Part shown: piece after piece, positions 1 through 12,280 of the stretch
How the letters are laid out: each line of letters opens with the position of its first letter
Numbering within the stretch: the stretch's first letter is position 1
NCBI RefSeq assembly: GCF_001194135.2
Contig: NC_068986.1
Span: 13,906,682-13,940,036, forward strand
Source: Octopus bimaculoides
Taxonomy: Eukaryota
DNA: 33,355 bases
Direction: 5' to 3'
Translations under genes and position numbers: made by a program
Notes under the pieces: model-generated
Seen by the model: the letters and a program-made list of their open reading frames with translations, nothing else
Told to the model about the DNA's origin: nothing
The model's database searches: none

Positions 1-35
<35 letters not shown>

Positions 36-612
36 ATATACGCAATATATACATGTATATATACAGATATATAAGCGTATAAATATATACACATATATAG
101 TAATTACTAATACTTTAGGGACAAGATTGTAAAGTCCACTGTATGTATGTTGTATGTATGTATGCATATATATATATACATGCACACATACATATGTACA
201 TTCACGTATATTCAATTGCATATATACACATACACATACAGTCGAACAAAAATATAGACGCGCATACATATATTTTTTTTCTTACATGTTTACATTTTTT
301 TCTACTCTTCTTTAGTCTTTACGCCAAATCTCATCTGGAAAGCATTCACTTTAAACACAGTAACTTATTCTGTTTTTTTTCTATTCCTTATTTCATTTAT
401 TTCTTTTCTTTTTTCGTCAGAAGCAAGCTGTAATTGTGTTTCTGGTCACATTCAAAATGTCCGCCATGAACAACGTAATCACTCACCTGATTTGGCGGCA
501 GTAATGATTTCACTCAATTATCTCAACTGACAGCATTGTGTTTGCGTTAAGCCCTCTTATTGTCTGAATACAATAAAAAAGAAATACCTCACATTCAGTT
601 CAATGATTTTGA

Positions 613-627
613 CCACTAGATGGCGTC
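613..627 (+). promoter_or_regulatory. CTCF-like binding motif
   Basis: CCACTAGATGGCGTC matches the CTCF core consensus CCASYAGRKGGCRS, in a non-repetitive island. Motif match only. Confidence 0.5.
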
Positions 628-1314
628 ATAGAGCAAACAATGTTTCTTCCTTCAAAAAGAAATACTATAAAATAAGCCCAAAACGAATATAATGAAAATG
701 AAATAAAATATAAAAGAAATATACAAAGAAAGAACCTTATCGCTTTTGTTCGGTCACCATATTCTCACCTATGCCAAATTTCAAGAAAATTCTTACCAAT
801 TTTACCCAGGTAGGCCAACAGAGATCTATCTTCCACTTGGTATTGGCACAAAAATGAAGGTAACGCTACGTTGTGTCCATATGGTTTCTTTTTGTAAAAG
901 TTAAAGGTTGTAAATATTGCCGAACATCACATGTACACTTCCGAATATAAGATTCACGCACCAAATAATACAAAAGTATGTATATATATATATATATATN
1001 NNNNNNNNNNNNNNNNNNNNNNNNNNNNNNNNNNNNNNNNNNNNNNNNNNNNNNNNNNNNNNNNNNNNNNNNNNNNNNNNNNNNNNNNNNNNNNNNNNNN
1101 NNNNNNNNNNNNNNNNNNNNNNNNNNNNNNNNNNNNNNNNNNNNNNNNNNNNNNNNNNNNNNNNNNNNNNNNNNNNNNNNNNNNNNNNNNNNNNNNNNNN
1201 NNNNNNNNNNNNNNNNNNNNNNNNNNNNNNNNNNNNNNNNNNNNNNNNNNNTATATATATACGTAGACGTATACATATCTGCATGTTTGTGTCTGTGTAG
1301 GTGTGTGCGTATGT

Positions 1315-1348
<34 letters not shown>

Positions 1349-1805
1349 TTTGTTTCTCTCTCTCGCATATATACACACATATATATGTATTCTACCATAT
1401 AATTTCAAAATGGGTATTCGAAGTTATTCAGAGAATATAAATATGCGCGCGCACGCCGACATATTATTTACTTTCATATCCATGGGTATATCTGGATATA
1501 TATGTCTGTACATATCTATGTTATACATACATACATACATACATGTATATAAATGTGTGTGCGTGTGCGTGTGTCTGTGTGTTTGTGTGTCCGTGTGTGT
1601 GTGTGTGTTTGTGCGTGCGTGTGTGTGTATATGAAAAATCCATATATGACACGTATACATTTATGCTTAGTCGTTAAGTATATGCAAAATATATTGCATA
1701 CGATGTGCATAAACGTGTATATCTTTGTTAAGAAGCATGTCGGTGCATATATAAAGCAAAATGTTAGTCGTATACATCAGCACGAACATATACACATCTC
1801 TCTCT

Positions 1806-1864
<59 letters not shown>

Positions 1865-2744
1865 ATATATTGTTATACATGTATAATAACATATGTATCT
1901 ACCTATCAATCTATCTATATGCATACATATATACATACATATTCATATATACATACATATATACATATATAATAGATATGTATATATATATATATACATA
2001 CAATATATATATATATATATTGTATGTATAAATGCGCAAGTGTACATACAGACATATATACATAAATACATATGCACATATGTGTATGAGAGAGAGAGAA
2101 AGAGAGAGGGGATACTTGCTTTCATATATTCAAATATACATTATATATACATGCACACAAATATACACTTATGCAGATAGTCATAAATATATTCACACAA
2201 ATGTACATTCACAGCACATACATACATGCAAATACCTTTAAACATTGCTTTAATTATTTTTGTGAATTCCAATGAATTCTATGAATAAATAGGAGGTTAT
2301 ACATTTGATGTTGGGAAATCAAAGGCATTTCGTGGCGAAATATAAAAAAGAAAAAAATATACATAAACATCATAAATAACAACGTAAATATTCGAAAATG
2401 AAAAATTGGTTTTTAAGACGTTTCTCTGAATATAGTTGAACTGCTGATATTAAAAATGATAAAAGTACAGCTAAAGAACTTGCTCGATAAATCTTAATCA
2501 ATGGTAGCGAATAGGAAATATAAAATAAGAACAAAAAAAAAAAAAGNNNNNNNNNNAAAAAAAAAAAAAAAGGAGTAAAACATTGCAAATATAACGAAAA
2601 TGAAGTCGCAAATAGTGAAGACAAAAAATTAACTGTTAAGAAATTTTAACAAGAGTCGCACAATTTTATCAGTTTCTATGCTTTATTTTTCTGTAATGAT
2701 GGACTGCTATAGTCTACCATAAACACTTTGGTCGGAAACTGTAC

Positions 2745-3724
2745 TATCATTATTATTGTTGTTGTCGTTGATGTTGCTGTTATTGTCATTATTATTAAAA
2801 GGCTATTGAATGCTAATTTATTTAGTAGCGATTTTATTTTGATGTTAGTTGATAAGTTCCTTGAAATTTCGAAATTCGTTCTTATGATTCTTGCACTTTT
2901 ATACAAGTCGACAATGCGATGTTTACAAGTTGAATCCAATGTCCTCTAGCGTGTCTTTGATAAGTTCTGGTGCTTTGTCACTTGCACCAATTATTGCAGG
3001 AACAATTAAAACATTTGAACTCCACAATCTCTTCATCTCACAGGCTAGGTTCTGACATATCTCAACTTTCTCTATTTCTTTGGTAATAGATATATTTTGC
3101 TATGGTAATGAAATGAATGATTTTACGCTATTTCCCCCTTTAAATTGAAATGTCTTGTGTTATTGCTTCTATAATATGGTCTGTTTTTATGAAGAAATCG
3201 CATAAAATCCTTTATTAAATACCATTATAGAATGTTGCTCGCGTTCATAACACTTTTCTATCGGTTAACACTTCAGTGCACTCTTTTACAGCTGCAGTCA
3301 TGCCTGCACTTATACCCTTATACCCTTACTGCGTTCACTAAGAACAGGTTTAATACTTTCTTTTCCTTTTCCACAGATTTTGCGTTTGTTCTGACTGAGC
3401 GTTGGCAATCTTTGTCTTTTATGACGTTAGTTCTAAGTGTTCATTCTTGAGTGGCTCTTATCAGATTTTCGTTTCAAGTCGGCACAAGTAGCTCTCTTTA
3501 CTTCATCCTCGATTTGTTGCATGAATTTACCATGCACTTCTCTTTCTAATTACTTATTCTGTCCTTATTTCTGTTTTTGAATATTTTTACTGTTTCAGTC
3601 AGTGACTGTTTGGCAATTTCTGGCGGCAGACAGTATTGTTGGTTCACTAAGCACAGCATATCTTTGAAGCCTAATATCGCAGTTCTACGCTTAAAAGTAC
3701 TCTGCTTCCGTCTTTGTTGCTAAC
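2745..3724 (-). mobile_element. Decayed RLE-type non-LTR retrotransposon (R4/Dong-like), 3' part
   Basis: Minus-strand translation across frameshifts gives, in canonical order: KDGSRVLLSVE (~KEGGRGLISVE), MHGKF, ET..LIRATQE*TLRTNVIK, KICGKGKESIKPVLSE (decayed CCHC), YKCRHD (RHD at 3297-3305), ILCDFFIKTDHIIEAITQDI (~ILWDFxIQTDHxIEARRPDI) and KEIEKVEICQNLACEMKRLW..IVPAIIGA. An (AAT/AAC)-rich tail follows at ~2745-2800. Confidence 0.85.
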
Positions 3725-3726
3725 TA

Positions 3727-4989
3727 TTAGGTTGTTCCGAAAATAGTGGCCGATTTCAGAAACATAATTTTATTCTGGAAAAATTAACAATAGAAATGTT
3801 TTGATTTGTCAAAGTATGAGCCGTAAACATCTATGTATCTCTGCCATCGATCAGCGAAATTATTTATGCCTCGTTGATAAAAAAGTATTGGCTTTTATGC
3901 TCTGAATCCATCTCTGGTTTGGACCTGAAGGTTTTATCACTAAAAACCGTGAATAAATATTTTAAAGAATGGTAGTTAGTGACTGAAAGATCAGGAGAAC
4001 ATGGAGGATATGATAAAGGTTCGTATCCCAAGTATGCGACCTTCTGCAGCGTCATTCTTGTAACATGTGGCTTTGCATTATCGTGGAGCAGAATTGGGCC
4101 ACGCCGATTCACCAATGCAGGTTTCATTTTTTGTAAGTGAGCTTGCATTTCAGCGAGTTGATTGCAGTAAACCTCTGCTGTAATGTTTTGATCGGCTTCC
4201 AGAACGCTGTAATGAACACCACCAATTGCAGATCACCAGGCAGTCACCATATTCTTTTGCTGATGCAACGTTGGCACTGGGAAATGTTTGGGGGACTCAT
4301 CAAAATGAAGCCATTGACCTAATCGCTTACGGTTATCATAAAGGATACACTCATCTTCACAAGCGACTATTCGGTCAAGAAAAGTATCATTGGTGTTCCG
4401 CAGAAAGAGCATCGAGCACACTTCAAAACCCCGAACTTTTAAATTTTCATTGAGTTCATGTGGTACTCATTTATCGAACTTTTTCTCCTTACCAATCTTC
4501 TGCAGATTGCGTGAGACCGTTGCAATACCAACACCAAGTGCCTGAGACATTTCTCTGACACTTTGACGTGGGTTTTGATCAACAATTGCTTTCAATTGTT
4601 CATTGTCAAGACTGCAAAACCATCCTCCATCTTCTTCATCTTCAAGGCTTTCATCACCAATTTTCGATTTCACCTTCATACTGTGCGATCACATGTGAAC
4701 CCCTCTCCTCATGCTCTGTTGACAGTATCAGCAGTTTGGGAGGCATTGTACCAAGCTCGAACTCATGCAAGGAAAGTGAGTGAAGATCTTTCTTTTTGTC
4801 ATGATCATAATTAAGGGCGTCTATGCTTCAAGAATGTTTTTTGTCTGAAATTAGTAGAAGATTATTAAAGAGTATACATCAATTATTTAAGTCTATCGAA
4901 ATTCACCTAAAATATAATTAAAATACTATGATAAAATTGCGTCTCAAAACACAACACTTGGGGTGGCCATTATTTTCGGAACAACCAAA
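3727..4989 (-). mobile_element. Full-length inactive mariner transposon (Hsmar1/cecropia-like), 1263 bp
   Basis: 25-bp TIRs TTAGGTTGTTCCGAAAATAGTGGCC (3727-3751) and the reverse complement at 4965-4989 (2 mismatches). TA at 3725-3726 and 4990-4991. Confidence 0.95.
3864..4807 (-). pseudogene. Mariner transposase pseudogene
   Basis: Fragments GDESLEDEE, FDK*VPHEL (WVPHEL), FLDRIV..ILYDNRKR, PKHFP..LHQ and PALVNRRGPILLHDNAKPHV..CSPDL, with several stops and frameshifts. Confidence 0.95.
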
Positions 4990-4991
4990 TA

Positions 4992-5150
4992 GAATCCTAT
5001 CGACGTTATTTTCAGGATGGTGCCCGCTTTGCATTGTGAACACCATCTGGCCCAGGGAGTTTCCAATCTACTATTTTTCCTTTAAGCATCTCGCGTTCTC
5101 ATCTCTAATACTTATATTCTCTCGTCTGCTCCTATTTTCTGCTTCATTTT
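4992..5150 (-). mobile_element. Upstream RLE-LINE fragment (start of RT region)
   Basis: 5041-5068 minus encodes DWKLPGPDGV (~NWKAPGPDGV, the N-terminal RT motif). Same strand as the 2745-3724 fragment. Confidence 0.65.
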
Positions 5151-5168
5151 AAAATTTTCGTTACCAGT

Positions 5169-5537
5169 GGCGCAGGAGTAGCTGTGTGGTAAGTAGCTTG
5201 CTTACCAACCACATGGTTCCGGGCTCAGTCCCACTGCGTGGCACCTTGGGCAAGTGTCTTCTATTATAGCTTCGAGCCGACCAAAGCCTTGTGAGTGGAT
5301 TTGGTAGGCGGAAACTGAAAGAAGCCCGTTGTATATATATATATATATATATATATATNNNNNNNNNNNNNNNNNNNNNNNNNNNNNNNNNNNNNNNNNN
5401 NNNNNNNNNNNNNNNNNNNNNNNNNNNNNNNNNNNNNNNNNNNNNNNNNNNNNNNNNNNNNNNNNNNNNNNNNNNNNNNNNNNNNNNNNNNNNNNNNNNN
5501 NNNNNNNNNNNNNNNNNNNNNNNNNNNNNNNNNNATA

Positions 5538-5577
<40 letters not shown>

Positions 5578-5820
5578 TGTGCGTGTGTGTGTGTGTGTGT
5601 ATGTGTGTGTATGTTTGTGTGTCTGTGATTTCCCCCCAACATCGCTTGACAACAGATGCTGGTGTGTTTACGTCCCCGTAACTTTGCGGTTCGGCAAAGA
5701 GACCGATAGAATAAGTACTAGGCTTACAAAGAATAAGTTCTGGGGTCGATCTGTTCGACTAAAGGCGGTGCTCCAGCATGGGCACAGTCGAATGACTGAA
5801 ACAAATAAACGAATAAAAGA
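5169..5820 (+). mobile_element. tRNA-headed SINE family A (internal microsatellite), complete
   Basis: Head GGCGCAGGAGTAGCTGTGTGGTAAG..GGCTCAGTCCC..CCTTGGGCAAGTGTCTT, then central (TA)n/gap/(TG)n, then tail CGCTTGACAAC..GGGGTCGAT..CAGCATGG..GAATAAAAGA. Homologous pieces recur at 11.5, 13.2, 24.0, 25.6, 28.5 and 30.9 kb. Resembles octopus OK/OR-type SINEs (from memory). Confidence 0.9.
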
Positions 5821-6259
5821 AAAGTCCATTTCCCTGAAACGTTCAGCGTCTTTCGACTATATATATATATCTTTGACCAAAAGTCCTTTACAGCTTCAGC
5901 ATTTGGCACATGATTCTTCTATGTTCATTCCCATTGTTCGACTGTCAGTAAAATTTCCGTTGCTTAGTCGCCTTTTGTTATTCTTTTTACCTGGCATTGC
6001 TTTTCTCGTTTGTCATCATTTCGGCTTTCCTTACTTGTTATTCTCTCTATCTTGCGTCTTTCTTTCACCTCTTTCCTTTTCAATTATTCCCTTTATTCTT
6101 CTAAAATTTTTACTGACCTATTAAACATAACTTTGAAGTTTCCGTTTCTACCGTGGATCTTTGTTCCTCTTTATTTGCTAGACTTTTAACCCCAAGGATT
6201 TCTACGGCAAAAAAAAGCTGTAATATTCTCAGGGTTAAATATGATGATGATCATGATTA

Positions 6260-6400
6260 TCATAACCATCAGGATCCTTATTTCCTTGGGTAATTTCAAG
6301 AAATCTCTGGCCTGGTAGGCCAATTCCAGATAGACTATATAGGCATGGAAACACCGTTATCCGGGACTGCTCAAGATGCACGCAAAATGATTTTTAAAAA
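6260..6400 (+). mobile_element. Possible highly decayed RLE-LINE C-terminal fragment
   Basis: Translation ..ISLGNFKKSLAW.. and METPLSGTAQDARK, loosely like GALG..W..QKTALLGTARILRK. Confidence 0.3.
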
Positions 6401-7128
6401 ATACTGTTCTGCCATTCAGTAGTGTTCTTCTCGAGCATTGCTTACTCCAAGAGAAATGTCGGACATTTGCTATCACGTGTAAGACTGATACGATTTTGGG
6501 TGCAGGTAGTGGTTATTTGTTTGGTGGTCTCAACAAAAGACGCTGTGTGCTGGATAGGACATGACAGGGCGTCTAGCGACAGATATATTCCACTTTGGAC
6601 AAGATCACATTAACTTTTTCAAGTTTCATCTGAACAGAATTGTGCGGGTAGAGAGATAAGTGCTGCCGTCTAGAAAAATTTGATGAAAGGTTAATAAGAA
6701 TAGCAAAGATGTACCATGTAAACGGACTTGCTTCTTGCACCCGCCTTTAGACTGTGCGTGGAGGTGAGGGAGGGAGAGACTAGTTACCTTACTGATCTAG
6801 GCTACCGTGTTGATGTGGGTTTCCATAAGTAACCCTCAGAAGGGTATACTTTTGGAAATTATGTCTTGTTTGAATTTTTGTTTCTTTGTCTCTCTTATTT
6901 TACTATTTATACGTATTTTATGCAGCCCATATCGTATTTAGTTATATCGTCCTCTACTGTCCTCAATCTCTTTGTAAACTTTCACGAAGGTAACTCAGAT
7001 AAAAACGTAACAGATAAAAACTGCATTAATATCCGACTCATCTCGTGATGTTATGAAAAGTTTTGCTTTGATATTTGCATGCCACTTTCTGCTGTACCAT
7101 CTAGTGTACCTTTGTGTTTCTGTAGTGT

Positions 7129-7141
7129 GTGCTACCCTTAG

Positions 7142-7193
<52 letters not shown>

Positions 7194-7215
7194 CATCATC
7201 ATCATTTTTATCATT
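7129..7215. repeat. (ATT)n trinucleotide microsatellite
   Basis: Visible directly; explains the poly-Ile ORF. Confidence 0.95.
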
Positions 7216-7469
7216 ATCCTTTTCTTTAAATTCTTTTACCATCTTTTGCCGAGTGTCTTCCAGACACATATGGCAGAGAAACGCACTGTATACATAAGTA
7301 GATCATTAAAACAAACACACCAGATTTTTCATATACAAAGTCATGTGATAGAAAAAAAAGGAGTAAGCATTACTGACGACTATTAATTTCTTATACGAAA
7401 TTAACATGTTAATAAAAAAAGAAGAAAAAATGAAAAAAGACAAAAAAAAACGAGAAAAAAGAAAGAAAA

Positions 7470-7690
7470 GTCACAGCAACAATACTCTTCTCAAGACATG
7501 CCAGTTAAGACAGTCTTTTGCAGTTCCTGCATGGATGGTAAGCCAGGAATCATCCTAAAATAATTTTCAGTTCCCATTTTTATCATTGCAAGTGCTCCTA
7601 CAAGTGCTTGGAGTACGTTGACAATTACGTAGGAAAACCACATCATTCCATTAAACTTCTGTCCTCTGCATATATAATCCACACCTAATA
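7470..7690 (-). mobile_element. RLE-type non-LTR retrotransposon 3' fragment
   Basis: LVGALAMIKMGTENYFRMIPGLPSMQELQKTVLTGMS, then after a frameshift LRRVLLL*. This is the typical RLE C-terminus (VGALG..LQKxVLxGTAHILRRVL). Confidence 0.8.
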
Positions 7691-8888
7691 TACTTCTTAA
7701 ATTATTTAATGGCAGTGTTATCTTTAAGAAACATTCTAAAATTATTCAAATGGAAGATGAAAAGAATGTTAAACTTTCACCTGCATAATTCATATTTGCA
7801 ACGAGTGGATTATAGCAAAATCATAGCGGTGGTGAGGACCCTGGTGGTCGATCGCGGTTACACAAAGCATCATAGCCAGAAATATGAGGGTTAAACCTGT
7901 AAAACAATACTTTCGAGCACAGCATAAACAACTATAAAGTCGACGTAAAAGAAAATACAATAAAAATGTAGTTCTTTTGTAACATCGTATATTTATGTTA
8001 AATTTATGGTTTTATAATTTCTTCCAGTACATTATAACAATATTATGTATATAAGCATAGATTTCGCACCACAAAACCTCATTAAAATATCTTTTACTAA
8101 ATATATGATGAAATATACTAAATTTGATTCCCCCACAAAAAAAAAAAATAAATATACACATAAACGCTTGAAAATGCTGTAATTGTCCAGATTAGCTGAA
8201 CAGTATTTATACATAAACATAAATTCTGTGAAGAGACCAATGAAAATATGCAAGACTTTTCTGAAATTCAACAAGCAGTTAGCTGTTGTTATATCAATTT
8301 CTATGATGGTGTTTTGAGTCTTAGAAAACAATGCCATATTTTATGGGAAGAATTCAAAGAATATGAGAGAACACTATAACATTCACACACATGCACACAT
8401 AAACTGAAATATATGCCGCTACATATATATATATATGTATATATGCTTCCAGTTCAGCATTCTGGCTTTTTTTCATTTTCCTATTATTTCTCCACGTGCG
8501 GTTAACACAACCCCACTATTTACTGACTTATATATATATATATATATATATATATNNNNNNNNNNNNNNNNNNNNNNNNNNNNNNNNNNNNNNNNNNNNN
8601 NNNNNNNNNNNNNNNNNNNNNNNNNNNNNNNNNNNNNNNNNNNNNNNNNNNNNNNNNNNNNNNNNNNNNNNNNNNNNNNNNNNNNNNNNNNNNNNNNNNN
8701 NNNNNNNNNNNNNNNNNNNNNNNNNNNNNNNNNNNNNNNNNNNNNNNNNNNNNNNNNNNNNNNNNNNNNNNNNNNNNNNNNNNNNNNNNNNNNNNNNNNN
8801 NNNNNNNNNNNNNNNNNNNNNNNNNNNNNNNNNNNNNNNNNNNNNNNNNNNNNNNNNNNNNNNNNNNNNNNNNNNNNNNNNNNNNNNN

Positions 8889-8974
<86 letters not shown>

Positions 8975-9192
8975 TATATATATGTATGTATGTATAAACA
9001 TACACATGTTTAAACATACAAACACGCATAAATATATCAATATTCATATATATCAGTATATCAATATATATTCGTGTATGTGTATATATATGTACACGCA
9101 CAGACACGCATATTCACACACAAATACACAGATACATATATACATGTAAATATGCATCTATACACCTCTTTGTATGTATGTATATATGTAAG

Positions 9193-9229
<37 letters not shown>

Positions 9230-9266
9230 ATGCACACACACATATATGTATAAATATATATATATG

Positions 9267-9297
<31 letters not shown>

Positions 9298-10190
9298 GTA
9301 TGTATATATATANNNNNNNNNNNNNNNNNNNNNNNNNNNNNNNNNNNNNNNNNNNNNNNNNNNNNNNNNNNNNNNNNNNNNNNNNNNNNNNNNNNNNNNN
9401 NNNNNNNNNNNNNNNNNNNNNNNNNNNNNNNNNNNNNNNNNNNNNNNNNNNNNNNNNNNNNNNNNNNNNNNNNNNNNNNNNNNNNNNNNNNNNNNNNNNN
9501 NNNNNNNNNNNNNNNNNNNNNNNNNNNNNNNNNNNNNNNNNNNNNNNNNNNNNNNNNNNNNNNNNNNNNNNNNNNNNNNNNNNNNNNNNNNNNNNNNNNN
9601 NNNNNNNNNNNNNNNNNNNNNNNNNNNNNNNNNNNNNNNNNNNNNNNNNNNNNNNNNNNNNNNNNNNNNNNNNNNNNNNNNNNNNNNNNNNNNNNNNNNN
9701 NNNNNNNNNNNNNNNNNNNNNNNNNNNNNNNNNNNNNNNNNNNNNNNNNNNNNNNNNNNNNNNNNNNNNNNNNNNNNNNNNNNNNNNNNNNNNNNNNNNN
9801 NNNNNNNNNNNNNNNNNNNNNNNNNNNNNNNNNNNNNNNNNNNNNNNNNNNNNNNNNNNNNNNNNNNNNNNNNNNNNNNNNNNNNNNNNNNNNNNNNNNN
9901 NNNNNNNNNNNNNNNNNNNTATAATCGTAATGAAAAAAAAAATTGTTTAGCTTTTTATTTCATTGTTTTAACGACGATAAGACGTAACGGAACTCCTTGT
10001 ATGGCATTGAAAAAAATCTACGCAATACGTTTCCATATTAATTCTTTTGTTTCGCGAAAGAAGAAAGCAATGAAGAATAAGAAAGATATCACATCTATAG
10101 AAAGAGAGAAGAAAATATGTGGTAGATAGAATATAAAATAAAGTGAAAAGGGCATCGTTAATGAGATAAAACTCTTAAGAATGCATGCGG

Positions 10191-10234
<44 letters not shown>

Positions 10235-10615
10235 GATATATATATATATATATATGCGCATACACACACACAATGCATGCGTTCACAGAAAGCCACACAC
10301 ATGCAAATGTCTATATATATATATTATACATGCATGTGTACGTATGTGTGTGTATATAGGAACATGTCTGTATATATTAACGTACGTATTAATGTACGCG
10401 TGTGTTGATCTATAACAGTTTATATGAAATATGAAATGCAAGTTTTTAATATATGCACACAGCCACAAGTCTGGTGTGGTGTGTTTGGAGTTGATTGTAA
10501 AAAAATTCTGGTGCTTATCTGCTATTACTTTTTATGTACACATACGTTCGCGTGCGTGCATACACACACACACACACACACCACACAGACACACACACAC
10601 AGACACACACACCCA

Positions 10616-10684
<69 letters not shown>

Positions 10685-11511
10685 GAGCCTTGAAGACACA
10701 GACGAGTCAGTCATGAACATATAAGTCGTAGAAAGCCAATGCAAGTTTGTTCAAAAGAGCTCCAATGAATACGTAACGATTCCCACCCGTGGCAACGGTT
10801 ATGTACGAAGTAGAAATGAAACTGATGCCTAAATCAAGACTTATTCTATATAAAATAATTATGGTAAATATCTTATTAAGCAGAGTGACATCATATGATT
10901 TGATAAAGCTTTTGTTGTTTTCTTCAGCCGGTCTACGAAAAGAAGAATACGTTTACAAGCCGTTCTTATGTAGTGCGAATTTGCTGGAAGACCTCTTGCG
11001 ACTAAATAATTAAACAGGATCAATCAGTTATTGAAAGGGATAAGCATGATGAAATCTTTCTATAATAGGGTAACTTAAATCTTCGAAAAAAATTAATTGA
11101 TATTATAATGTCCTTCATGAAGAAAGTTTCCCTACGAATCAATTTTTCATTCATTATCAGTTAATTATCGCCCTATCTTACATAGAATTTCTATAACGTA
11201 TTCGGAAGGTGAGAGGAGAGAGAAATGTAACTAACTTAGTGGTCAACAAACAATTTCTTAAATTCCAACAGGAATTGCTTTCGTTCTGACAGAGACAACT
11301 TAACACAATTCCTGCATCATGTTGATGACATTCTTAAAAAAAAAAAATTTTTTTTAAATGTAAATGCACTATCCCGACTTCAGCTAGATTTTCGTAAGAG
11401 TTGACTAAAGTGAACCGCTTTTAAAACTGTTCAACACTGGAGTCCAAGCGGTGGATGGAGAGAATCACTTGCACCCTGGAGAAAATATTTAATGTCATTC
11501 CATCCGGTTGT

Positions 11512-11865
11512 GTCTTTTATCTTTCATCTTGTACTCGTTTCAGCCACTAGACTGCGGCCATGCTGGGGCATTGCCCTGAAGAGATTTTCTCAAACAAGTC
11601 GACTCCAGCACTTATTTTCCAAAAGCATAGCACTTATTCTCTTGGGCTTTATGAGAGAGTAGTGTAATGTGTATCAATGTAGAACAGGGGTGTGTAGTGT
11701 GGAATCTGTTTGTGTAGAGCTACGTATGTAGTATAGTCAAAAGGCAAAGGCAAAGTTATGTTCTCGAGTCATAGGGACGTAAACACGCCAACACACACAA
11801 ACATCGCGCACACACACAAACACCTACCCACACATACTCAGACACACACTACATAGGCAAACAGA

Positions 11866-11920
<55 letters not shown>

Positions 11921-12032
11921 CGGGCTTCTTTTGAGTTTCAGTCTTACAAATCCACTCTTAAGGAGTTGGTTGGCCCGAGGCTATAGTAGAAGGTGCCACG
12001 CAATAGGACTGAACCGGCAAACATGTGGTTGG
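11512..12032 (-). mobile_element. SINE family A copy, 5'-truncated
   Basis: Reverse-complement head piece (11921-12032: CGGGCTTCTT..AAATCCACTC..GGCCCGAGGCTATAGTAGAAG..CATGTGGTTGG), a (CA)n core, and a tail (GCGGCCATGCTGGGGCA, GTCGACTCCAGCACTTAT). Confidence 0.8.
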
Positions 12033-12039
12033 CTCTTTA

Positions 12040-12170
12040 AGCTCTGATTTCAAATCCCGCAGAGGTCAACTTAGCCTTCCATTCATTCGGGGTCGAGAAA
12101 ATAAATGACGAGGCAAGTTCTCGGAATCAATGTAATGAACATGCTGTCTCCCCTCAAAATTGTTGGCCTC
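12040..12170 (+). mobile_element. SINE family B fragment
   Basis: TTCAAATCCCGCAGAGGTCAACTTAGCCTTCCATTCATTCGGGGTCGA aligns with 23647-23697. Confidence 0.75.
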
Positions 12171-12179
12171 GAAACTTGC

Positions 12180-12280
12180 AACGGACCGGTGTCCCGTTCA
12201 AAGGGAATATTGTGATCTCGTTTACTCTTCTATGCCACAGAAACCATGTACCGGCCTTGTGAGTCTTAGGACGCAAGAAT
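12180..12280 (+). mobile_element. SINE core fragment (Meta/V-domain-like)
   Basis: GGACCGGTGTCCCGTTCAAGGGAAT..ATGCCACAGAAACC resembles the recalled GGACTGGCATCCCRTCCAGGGG..ATGCTACRGAAACC SINE core. Confidence 0.45.

Noticed and set aside
866-2241. ORFs rich in YI/HT/CV dipeptides and X runs (also at 5.2, 8.5-10, 13.2, 19.1, 22.3, 26.9 and 29.9-31.4 kb)
   Set aside because: These are translations of dinucleotide microsatellites and N gaps.
7370-7405. CTGACGA..GAAA hammerhead-like spacing
   Set aside because: Stems I and II do not close (C-C at the first stem II pair).
10928-11013. Plus-strand acceptor (ttttcttcAG) followed by short open frames
   Set aside because: Every frame stops within 30 codons, with no recognisable peptide or supporting partner exon.
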